NCBI GenBank assembly: GCA_013265495.1
Contig: MU057809.1
Coordinates: forward strand, 1,479,062 to 1,543,061
DNA: 64,000 nt
Source: Vicugna vicugna
Taxonomy: Eukaryota
Reading direction: 5' to 3'
Shown here piece after piece: positions 51,535 through 61,525 of this stretch; positions within the stretch are counted from its first letter, which is position 1; every line of letters begins with the position of its first letter. The notes beneath the pieces are model-generated. The model did not search any database. It saw only the letters and a program-made list of their open reading frames with translations, and had not been told where the DNA came from. Both the position numbers and the translations under genes were made by a program.

Positions 51535-51700
51535 GACTGGGTTTGGTTCCCAGCTCTGCTACCTACTAATTAGGCTACTGATCCTATGCAGATTTCAAAC
51601 TCTCTATCTTCAGTTTCCCCACTGATTAATGGCACAATACCATCTGAAGTGCCAAGAAAATAAAGGCCATATATGAAAAGGCCTGGAACACAGAGAGTGC
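51535..51700 (+). mobile_element. MIR fragment
   Basis: ctgggtttggttcccagctctgctacctacta...cttcagtttccccact. Confidence 0.55.
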
Positions 51701-52400
51701 TTTAAAAATAGCCTGTTAACACAAAATCTATTTGTAGACACAAATATTATTCTGAACAGTTACCATTCAAATGTCTGCTACTAGAGCCACTACAATTTAT
51801 TTAAAAAGTCTTTTTGCAAAGTGAATCTGCCCAAATAAAAATGGGGGGAGGGTGAAAGATGAACTGCTAACTACTTATTGAAATGGTCACAACACATCAA
51901 GTGCGTTTAATACGGAACTACTACAAGCAGTACGAAAGTTGACAAGGAAAATAGGATACTGGTCAACAAATCTGGTTTCTTGTTGATAAGGAAGTTAGAA
52001 AAAATTCATGTTTATAGGCCCTGGGAAAAGCGAAGACTGAGTTTTCTAAAATGCATCTAATACACTGATTTAGATTTAAGAGTCTATGTTTGTAAGTATT
52101 TTCTCTGCTTCCTGGGTAGAAAGAAACCAGGACTCAGTCACCCAAATCTTTATGCTCTTGTAACCGCCTGGTTCAGAGGTCCAGAAAAGCCACAAAAATA
52201 AAATCTCTCTGTGATGAAGAGAGACAATCCCATGCACTTTACCCCAGAAGGTGAGGGGAATTTTAAACACACAGCTGATTCCCTGAATCATACTGGGCAC
52301 CTCGCCTTTAAAGTTTATGAAGTCCTGGGCCAGAGCTCTGACTCACAGAGAGGCTTTTGAAAGAGATGAAAAGGAAAGGGGGTGTTTTATCATTCAAATC

Positions 52401-53006
52401 ATTCTCTTCCCGTCATGATCCTAAAAGAGCCATTTCCATTAAAACGGAATGTTTTACTAACAAATACATCAAGTGAGAACACTGGTGGGAGATGCCTGAA
52501 GCAGACCTGGAAGACGGCAGGCCTGGAGGCCAGGGGTGCAGTATCCAGGTCTCAGCCAGGAGCCACTTCATGTCCAAGGCCCTGAGCTTCCGCATGGGTG
52601 AAGGGAAAGAAATGTGCCAATCAATGGGTGGGTTCTATGGCCTTTTGCTAAATTTAGAGTCCCTCGTGCACCATAACATCTCGTCTCCAGGGAGTTTCTG
52701 CTATGACCAGCTTCCCTCTACCTCTGATTCGAGACAACTTTCCTCATACCTGCAATTTGGTTTCCCCAAAATGGGCCGAGGAAAGGGGAGAGGTAAGAAG
52801 GTGTAAGGGGAAAAAAAGGAGACGACCCTATCTGGGTACAGGAGAGACTCGACTTTCCCCTTGTCATCAGTTTTCTCCAGAATTCCTTTCTTTGAGGCCC
52901 TTTAGCCAGTACTAAATTGCACCAGTTTTCTCACTCGATGTATCTGTTAGTAAAACATTTCGTTTTTATGGAAATTGCTCTTTTAGGATCATGACAGGTA
53001 GAGAAT
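52401..53006. repeat. Long inverted repeat: arms 52401-52487 and 52920-53006, 432-bp spacer
   Basis: Manual ungapped alignment of the left arm to the reverse complement of the right arm gives 79/87 identical. Confidence 0.95.
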
Positions 53007-53169
53007 AACTAGAAGCCAAACGTTGTCAACACCACACGTCTTTTTCACAAATTGCAGACGTTAAAAACGGGGCAAGGGACAGAAGGAGCACCTGGAAATT
53101 AAACACCACCTAAGAGATGTAGTAAAAAAAAATTGCAATGCAAGGATTTAATTTGTATCCTAATGCAAA

Positions 53170-53501
53170 AACTGATGGGACAACGCAGGAAATCCGAACA
53201 CTGGCTGCTTATTTGACCATATTAAGTAATTACCAACTTTTAGGTTTGATAAGGGCACTGTGGTTGTGCTTTTTTAAATGACGCTGTTATCTTTGAGCTA
53301 TGTAAACAAACATTTTTCTAATGAATCTGTGCAATGTCTGGCATTTTGCTTCACAGTCACGGGAGCAGGGGTATAGGTGAAACAAGACTGGCACTGAATC
53401 AGCCCCTGCTGAAGCTGGGGGGTGGGGCGTGGGTACTTAATGTTCGTGCTGTTTTCTCTACTCTGTATATGTTTCAAATTTTCCTAATAAACAGTTTAAA
53501 A
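53170..53501 (+). mobile_element. L1MC4/5-like 3' UTR fragment
   Basis: gtataggtgaaacaagactggc...tgctgaagctggg...tctctactctgtatatgtttcaaattttcctaataaa. Confidence 0.7.
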
Positions 53502-53930
53502 GGAGAGACTTGCGGCCGGTTTCCTCTCCTGTTTACACCGCTCTCATGAACTCACTGGGAGGGCAGGCCAAAGATGGCACCCTGACCCCAGGAGGCTGGC
53601 AGTCCCCCACCGGGAGTCCAGGAGGGGCCCTTCCCACTACTAAAACCCCCGCCCCTCAAAGGCCCCAGAAAGTCTCCGGCGTTCCCGCCCCCAACGCCAA
53701 GTCCCCGAGAAGGGCAGGGGCGAAGGCCATCAGGCCGACGGGGAGACGGGGTACGCATCCTTGGCCGGCTCCCCCAAAGCCGGAGGCACCTGGCCGCTGG
53801 GAGCTGCAGCCAGACCAGGGCCGGACAAAGGCGTGGGCCGGGGTGCCGGCCGGGCGCGGAGGGCCGCGGGGCCACACACCTGTGCGCACCTGGGCGCAGG
53901 TGTGCGGGCGGGGACGCGGGGACAGCGCAC

Positions 53931-54242
53931 CTTGAGGATGTTGTCGAAGATGGTGTCGCGGAACTCGAGCAGCGCCTTCTGGTCGAACTCGCGGCCGTGG
54001 ATGATGCGCATCTGCTTGAGGAAGGTGGACTTGCCGCTCTCGCCCGCGCCCAGCAGCAGGATCTTGACGAGGCGCCGCACGGCGCGCCGCTCGCGGGCCA
54101 GCCCCGCGTCGATGTCCCGGCTGCGCCGCCGCGCCTCGCGCTCCGCCCCGCGGGCCCCGCCGCCGCCCGCCCTGCGCTCGCGGGCCCCGCCGGCCTCGGC
54201 CGGCAGCAGGCAGCGGCTGAGCGTCCGCACCACGCCGGACAT
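53931..54242 (-). CDS. GNA12: G protein alpha-12 subunit, coding exon 1 (codons 1-104)
   Basis: Translates [19 protein letters not shown]...[46 protein letters not shown], the G-alpha12 N-terminus with Cys11 and the P-loop [11 protein letters not shown] at 54242-54240 in GCGGCCATGT context. Ends at donor AAG|GTGCGC. 312 nt, phase 0. Confidence 0.98.
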
Positions 54243-54248
54243 GGCCGC

Positions 54249-54257
54249 TCAGGCCAT
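54249..54257 (-). promoter_or_regulatory. Minimal upstream ORF (ATG GCC TGA) in the 5' UTR, in frame with the main ATG
   Basis: Minus strand reads GGGTCC ATG GCC TGA GCG GCC ATG TCC; the stop lies 6 nt before the main start codon. Confidence 0.75.
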
Positions 54258-54359
54258 GGACCCCGCGGCGGGCGAGGCGGCAGCCGGCCGCTCCCTCAGG
54301 CCGCGTCCGCCGCCGCCGCCGCTCCGAGGCCCGCTCTCGGCCCGCCGCTCGGCCCGGCG

Positions 54360-54780
54360 GAGGGGCGGGGCAGCACGGCCTGAGGCCCGGGGATTGGGCC
54401 GGCTGCCGTCCGTCGGGAGGGTCGCGCCTCCCGATTGGGCCAGGCCACGCCGAGAGGCGGGCATCCCTCCGGACCTGGGGGCGGGGTCGGCGCCTAAAGA
54501 GGCGGGATCTTTGGGGTGGAGGCGCTTCTCATTGGGCGCCTGGGCTGAGGTTCTTTCTTTCAGAATGAAAGGGAGGCGGGGTCGCCGGAGAGGCGGAGCG
54601 GCCGTCCGCCATGACCAATTATAACTGCTCTGGGATCATGTCAATCACGACGAACGGGATTGGGATTGGGGGTGTCGCGAAACGGGGCGGGACCAGAAGT
54701 GCCAGGTGTACAGAAAGAGTCTCTCTGGGTTCCAGTTTGGGCCAGACTTTAAGACCCCGGGACTCGCGAAGTGGACTCGA
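54360..54780 (-). promoter_or_regulatory. TATA-less core promoter with multiple GC boxes (Sp/KLF) and CCAAT boxes (NF-Y)
   Basis: GGGGCGGG boxes near 54362, 54478 and 54683. ATTGG at 54393, 54434, 54531, 54659 and 54665, and CCAAT at 54615. TCGCGA at 54675 and 54764. No TATA box seen. Confidence 0.75.
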
Positions 54781-55353
54781 CGTTGCCCGAAAGCTGGAAA
54801 ATATCGATGAGAGGTCCAGCTGCTTGTCTTATGCTGAGAGAGAAAGCTGTTTCTTCCAGAAACACTGGAGGGGGATGGGCCGTACATTTCAAACACTTGC
54901 ACCATTTGAGAGTGGCTTGGGCCTCTGGGCGGCTTTTTCTGGCAGCTGGCTGATCATCAAAATCACCAGGAGTCTCGTGTAGCGCAGTGACTGGGCTTGG
55001 GGTCTGAAGCTGGGAGTGGAATTCTGAGATGAACTCGCCTATCGACACTTTACTAGTTACATAACCTTCTAGGTAGCTCCCCCTACACGCACCCACTTGT
55101 GTTTAGCTTGAATTTCCTCCTCTGTGAAATAGAGGCAATAATATCAACTGCTGCAGATGGTTGTGAAGATACAAGCCGAGGACGTGAACTTGTATAACAC
55201 TTACCACGGTGCCTAGAACCCACAGGCTAAGTATTAGCCCATCTTATTATTGACTCTTACCTGTCCCAGCCCTATGGTGAGTCAGAACCTCCAGGAAGGA
55301 GCCAAGGTGTCTCTTATTCTCCAGGTGATTGGTCAGCTTTGGGAACAATGGTC

Positions 55354-55769
55354 TGTTAAAACATAAACTAAGGCATATTTTAAAACGTAAGAGTTCACGT
55401 GAGCAAAAATCATCAATTCCACTTGGGGCAGCGGCAACCCAGTTGGGAGCACTCTGGAGGGGAACCAGGGAAAGATAAAGATACAAAGTGCAGTGCAAAG
55501 AAGGGAAATGATTTGATTGGCTACAGCTTGAAGGCTAGTTAGCTGTTTGAGACCAGGACTGTCTCCAGCTTATGGTATCCAACTTGGGGATTTGACGAGG
55601 TCTCTGGGCATACCTTTCACATCTGTCAAGAGGCCAAGGTGCTTGAAATCAAGGAGCTTATCTGCGTTGTCCTTTGGTTTCGTAACCTTGAGGCATTCAC
55701 AGGCTTAAATTTTGGCTTGCACATGTAGGCTGTCAGGACATTAAGGCTACCTGCTTCTTTAATTAAACA
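55354..55769 (-). mobile_element. Solo ERV LTR (ERV1 class, MER41-like by recall) with 4-bp TSD GGTC
   Basis: TGTT...AACA termini, with GGTC at 55350-55353 and 55770-55773; 416 bp; internal CCAAT on the minus strand near 55515. Family and orientation come from resemblance to remembered consensus. Confidence 0.72.
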
Positions 55770-56914
55770 GGTCCAAGTGATCATTCTGTCCAAACCCTCC
55801 TTCTCATCATGTGGATAAAATAAAGACCAGCTTACAAATAACTGACATGAGGTCCCACACAAGGGCTGACAAGAGCCCACCCTGCCTCTAACTAGAGAGA
55901 GGTATGCACCGTAGAAAAAAGAACGAATACATGTGATGTCGTTCAGTTTTTATACATAATTTTTGCATAATCTAGAAAACACCAGTCACTGGGGACTTCT
56001 GGAGAAGAATCTGAAGATGAAAAAGATAAAGCCTTTGCATCAAGTTATGTATACATTTTAGTGAGGGAGCCAGACCACTCGAATTGCCAGGCGAAGTGCA
56101 GACTAAAGGAATCTCTAGTTTCTGCTGTAGAATCATGGTATTCAAGGATCTGACCCAGAAGTCCCTAGGGACATTGAAAGCCCCTGGTGTGTGGTATTTG
56201 TCAATTACTGAGGCGTGAGTTGGTACCACATGTGAGTCAATACATTATATAGTACTTCCTTATCCTTCAAAACTTTGACAAATAAAGTCTTGCTTCTTTA
56301 TGAAAATGGCCTTCTGCCGAGAACCAAACACTGGTACATGATAGAAGTGAAGAGGAAGTGGAGAGGCCTAAGAAAGCAATGTTTCTTATACACACACAAA
56401 AAGGAATTTTGAACAAATAAAGAGGGGAATGTGGAATTCAGCACAGGACTGGAGCTACCCCCTCATTCAGTCAAAAGATACTAAGAAAAGTGGCTGAACA
56501 AAACATTTCCAGCAAGTGCTGCAGACATTTATGAATAACTGTATCTTTATAGACAGCTATGCTTGGTTTCTGCAATCATCACATGGTATCCAGTTTGGGG
56601 GTGTGACTAGGTCTCTGGACATCTTTTTAGCATTGGCCAAAGGGCTAAGGTGCTTGAAGTCAACAAGCTTAAATGTGTACTCTAATAAGCTCAGTGATTT
56701 GTATGGCGTGTTATAGTTTTTAAAGTGCTTCCGCATACAGGATCTCTTTGACCTCTTCGGCACAGCTGGGATAATTGAAGGTACAGATTATTGTAATAGA
56801 AGAATCTGGATCCGAGGAAGCTAATGTCACTTGTTGGAGGGAAGTATGGTTAGTTAATTGCAGAACCTGAACTGGCAATCTGACCCAGTGTGTTCTTCAT
56901 GCAGGGTATGGGGT

Positions 56915-57110
56915 GAGTGAAAGCATGAGAACTTTAAAGCCTGCCTGCATCCCCTATTAGCTGTGTGACCTTGAATGAGTCACTTAACCTCTCTGAGGCT
57001 TCATTTCCTTATCTGTAAAATCAGGATAAAAATAGGGCTGAGATGTGTTAAATGAGTTAACACTTATAAGTCCCTATCATATCATGGGCATTCAGTGAAT
57101 TTTAACATTA
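56915..57110 (+). mobile_element. MIR SINE
   Basis: tagctgtgtgaccttgaatgagtcacttaacctctctgaggcttcatttccttatctgtaaaat core. Confidence 0.85.
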
Positions 57111-57927
57111 TTATTATCATCATCCTGGAGCTTTGGGAATCAGGTACTGCAAGTTCAGGATGATAACAGCATGAAGACCCATAAGGACACATACGTTGTA
57201 TGATATTAAAAATCAAAAGCTGGGAATAGGTTGGGTTATACAAATTAAAGCACTGCGATAGAAATGCAATAACATGCAGTCCCTAAACAGAATAAACAAG
57301 ACCAAAATTTGTAAGCAGATGGCCACTGTGTGTTTAAAAATTGGCATAAGGGGTGGGAGGGGTGGCCTGAATGTTCCTCCTAAATTATGTTCAACTCCAC
57401 CTCCTAAGCTAAGGGGCAGCCAGAAGGGAGGGTTCAACGGCAGGGCCTGGAACACACACATGGAGTAGAGAGCTCTTCTAGAGTCTCTAGAAGAGGGAAT
57501 GCCACCCACCCTTCCACCCTCCAGCTGGGTGGCAGTGAGGGGATTAAACTCAGAAGCCTAGGGTAAGGCCCAGGACTCTGGGGTTCCCAGAAGGAATAGG
57601 GCCCCCTTGGGTCCCCTGTATGTAGTCTCCTGTGAGGTCCTTGTAGGGCTTCTCTGGCCTGGGGCAGTTGCATGGATGAGGGGGTTGGAAGATTCTCCCG
57701 AACACATTGCGACTACTGAGACCAGGGAACTTCCTCTCAGTGCTCATCAGGGTAGCAACAGATGGCCTGCTATCTCATCCTTCATCACCACAGAGGAGAT
57801 CCTAAAAGCTTTCCCTGAAGGCCAAAGAGCTCTGATGAAGAAAAAGAACATTTAAATATGCCTAAGGAGACCAGGTGCCAGAGAGAAGAACATAAAACAG
57901 AACATTTTCAAAATGGATGAAAATTTA

Positions 57928-57999
57928 CATCATCATCACTACCATCATCACCATCATCATCTTCATCATCATCACCACCATCATCATCAATACCATCAT

Positions 58000-58043
<44 letters not shown>

Positions 58044-58056
58044 TGTCATCATACAT

Positions 58057-58100
<44 letters not shown>

Positions 58101-58222
58101 TGTCATCATCACCATCATCATCACCATTACCATCATCACATCATCATCATCATCATCACCATCATCACTGTCATTATCACCAACATCACCATCATCATCA
58201 CTTCCACCATCATCACCATCCC
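57928..58222. repeat. (CAT)n/(CAC)n imperfect trinucleotide microsatellite
   Basis: Directly visible; explains the poly-His/Ile/Ser ORFs at 57913 and 57917. Confidence 0.97.
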
Positions 58223-59834
58223 ACCTTGTTCATGGCATAAAAAGACACTGTACAACAACAACCAATGATTTTTTTTCCATAGAAAACAGAATGGTAACCC
58301 TGATAAGGGGTGAAAACAAAATAAGAGAACTGGAAGATAAAATGACAGAAATATCTCAAAACCCAGAGGAAAAGTGTAGAGAGGTGGAAATCATGAGAGG
58401 AAGGATTGGAGAGTTACATGTGAATGATAAGAGTTCCAGAAGGCAGAGGGGAAGAGATGGAGAGAAATAATAAAGAGACTTCCTTTTCTAACAATGTGGC
58501 AGACCAAATACTCAGACCAAGCCTCCTACAGCAACAATAAAAATGCTGTATAAACTATTAAGACTTTATTTGAAGAGTCACTGAGCTGAGTAAGGAAGGC
58601 TCACAGGCCAAAATCAAAGTGGAAGCAGAAATTCAGAGTTAAACTGATCAGTGGTGGTCTCCAGCTGCCCTGAGGACATCTGCTGAAAACTTGTTAACCT
58701 GACCTTCTATATTCCTGGCTGCAGGTGAAGGACAGGAGATAAAACACAAAGATCATTGGAAGTAGCGAGTCTGTTGGGAGACAACTGCATAACCCCAAGA
58801 CCACAAAGGACTATACATTCAGTGAAAGGGTAAACTGGTAAAATCGACAGCAGGGATATTAATCATTTATCAACAAACTAAATTTCGAGGAGAGTAAGTT
58901 TACGTGAAAAAAAAGAATCACTACACACAAGAAAATAAGGCATCAGGAGTGAAAGTCAGCCCAAACTACATTTGGCAGAATTGCATTCACAGGGGTTTGA
59001 GATATTGGATTATCACGCACAGATCATTGGATAAATACATTTAATATATCCAAAGAAGTAAAAGTGGATATTGAAAGCATAAATAAGCTATTAGAGAACA
59101 TAAGAAAATGTCTGAGCAGATGTGAAAAAGAACCAAATAAATACATCTAAAAATAAAAATGTAATCACTGAAATAGGTGCGTAATAGATATGTTAAGTTA
59201 TAGATTAAGACACAGTTGAAAAGAATAAACTGGAATATAGATCTGAAAAAATGACCTTGAGTCCAACACAAAGATATGGTGGATAAGAGAGAGACAGGAA
59301 AGGCAGAGGAAGAATATCAAATATATGTCTCATCGGAGTCCCAGAGGGGATAGAGAGAATGAGGAAGGGGCAATATTAGAAGTGATATTGACTGAGAATT
59401 TTAAATTGACAAATGAGATGAAATGCTTAGCTAGATAAATAAAAAGAATTCCAGACCTGGATGTACCATCATGAAATTCAAGGATGTCAAAGACAAAGAG
59501 AAGGTCTTAAAAGTAGCCAGAGAGAAAACAGTAGGAGCCACTATTTATATGATAGTTACCAGGTGCCAGGTGCTGTTCTAAGCACTTTGGATGTACCAAC
59601 TCACGTAGTCTTCAAGGAACCACGTAAACAGTGAGTTGGTATCTTATTGACAAAAGTGGAAGCTGGATGGGAAATAATACCTTAAAAACAAGGGGAAAAA
59701 AATAACCATTAACCTAGAATTGTAAACCCAGTAAAAATATCTTTCAAGAAAATGAAGAAAATGAGATCATTTCAAACAAATAAAAACAAAACAAAACAAA
59801 ACAAAAAAAAGATTGTTTTATACTAATGATGTGT

Positions 59835-60165
59835 GTTATGGGCCAAATTGTGTCTCCTTCCCAAAATGCACCCTAACCCCCAGGACCTCAGAAGGTGAGT
59901 GTATTTGGAGATGGGGTTTTTAAAGAGGTGGTTGGGTCACAGTGAGGTCATTAGGGTGGACTCTGATCTACTATGGCTGATGCCCTCACAGGAGGAGGGG
60001 AGGAGACAACTGTTTACAAGGCAAAGAGAGAGTCTGCAGAAGAAAGCAACCCTGCCAACACCTTGGTTTCAGACTTCCAGCCTCCAGCACTATGAGAAAA
60101 TTAATCTCTATTGTTAAACCACCCGGTCTGTGGTGCTTTGTTATGGCCGCCCTGATGATCTAACA
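59835..60165 (+). mobile_element. MaLR LTR (MLT1B-like)
   Basis: tgttatgggccaaattgtgtc...gtatttggagatgggg...cagacttccagcctccag...gtggtgctttgttatggc. Confidence 0.85.
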
Positions 60166-61104
60166 TGATGTGCGTCGGGAAGAAGGAAACAGAGTTCAGA
60201 AGGAAGGTATGCTGTACAAAAGGGAATGGTGGACATTTTGTGAACATATAGGTAATTCTCATCACTGACTGTATTAAACAATGACAATAATTCTAACTGG
60301 CAGAGCTAAGAAAAAATTGAACTACAATACTGGACCCTAGAGGCATATACGTAGGGAGCCGGCAATCATAATTAAAGTGTTTTCAAGGTCTTTGAATTGT
60401 TTGAGAGGAGAATAAATATTTTGATTAATGTTAAACTTTGTCAAGTTAAATATTCATGTTAAAAATTTTAGGGTAAACACAACAAGAAGAGAATTACAGT
60501 GTATAAATTCCACACTAGCAGAAGGGGAAATGGAATGGGGAAACAAAAATCAATCAATACAAAGGAATGTGGCAAATGAAGAGAAAAGAACATGAGAATA
60601 AAAATAGGGCAATAGAAAGAAAAGACAGGGCGAAATAAGAAAGTGGAAATAAATCCAAATAAATGACTCATCCAAATAATTAGACATAGATGGAAATAGT
60701 AAAAGACAACAACTGTCAGACTGGATGACATAAAAACAAGGTAAAGCACGCCTACCAACCCAGAAAAGGTCAAAGCAAAAGAATGGAGAAAGATTGACTA
60801 GGCAAATACCAACCAGAAGAAGCCTGGCTTATCTGTACACATAGGAGACAAAATAGAGTTTAAATCTGAAAGCACTGCTAGTAGTAAAGAGAGTCACTTG
60901 TATAACAAAAGCTTTAACTCGCTAGTAAGACATAATGATTCTAAACTTGTTTGCACCTAATAACATAGCCTCAAATATGTAAGGGAAAAAAATCTCAAGG
61001 ACAAACTGAGGAACCCACCCTCATTGCTGGTGTGGGGGTCTGGGTTAAGTCTATCTCTTCTACTATATGGTAGTTGAAGCTGTTGGAAAATGCAGTTGTC
61101 ATAG

Positions 61105-61525
61105 TCTGTTACATTAGCGGCCCGCAATGAACCACTCCCCCTAGTTCTTCTTCCACTTGAATCCGGATTGGACCCAGGGCTTGCTTTGACAAATAGAAAT
61201 GTGGCAGAGGTGACATTTCACTAGTGCCAGGTTCCAGTTCTTGGAGTCCTGGGCTGCCATTGAAGAAGTCCAACCACCCTGCTGGAGAGACCGTGGGAAA
61301 AGGTAAAGGCCATGAGACTACTTGGAAACAGAAAGAGCCCCAGCCGCCCCAGCCTCCTGGCTGAGCCAAGCCCCCAGTCCATCTGCAGCTGCATACAGCC
61401 ACTGGAAGGGTGAGCAGAGCTGCCCTGCTGAGCCCCGCCCAGGCTGCAGAAGCACAACCACACAAAATGTGTTAACCCTCTAAGTTTTGGAGTGGTTGCC
61501 ATGTACCATTAGATCACGGAAGCAA
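61105..61525 (+). mobile_element. MaLR LTR (MLT1G/H-like)
   Basis: cttgctttgacaaatagaaatgtggcagaggtgac...ctaagttttggagtggttg. Confidence 0.75.

Larger units (their letters stand above)
14854..53930 (-). other. GNA12: GNA12 intron 1 (39,077 bp, GT-AG, phase 0)
   Basis: Bounded by the exon 1 donor and exon 2 acceptor; joining them gives the continuous reading ...NILK|GSRV... Confidence 0.93.
53500..54830. promoter_or_regulatory. CpG island spanning the GNA12 promoter, exon 1 and the start of intron 1
   Basis: Very high GC and CpG density compared with the flanks; edges approximate. Confidence 0.92.

Noticed and set aside
53730..53930. C-terminal 66 aa of the 170-aa ORF 53730..54242
   Set aside because: Read-through into intron 1 past the AAG|GTGCGC donor; G-alpha similarity stops at NILK.
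53761..54624. 287-aa plus-strand ORF, the longest in the track
   Set aside because: It lies antisense to GNA12 exon 1 in a CpG island where stop codons are rare. It is Arg/Ala/Pro/Gly-rich with no recognisable domain.
57913..58470. Poly-His/Ile/Ser ORFs
   Set aside because: Translation of a (CAT)n microsatellite plus an L1 relic.
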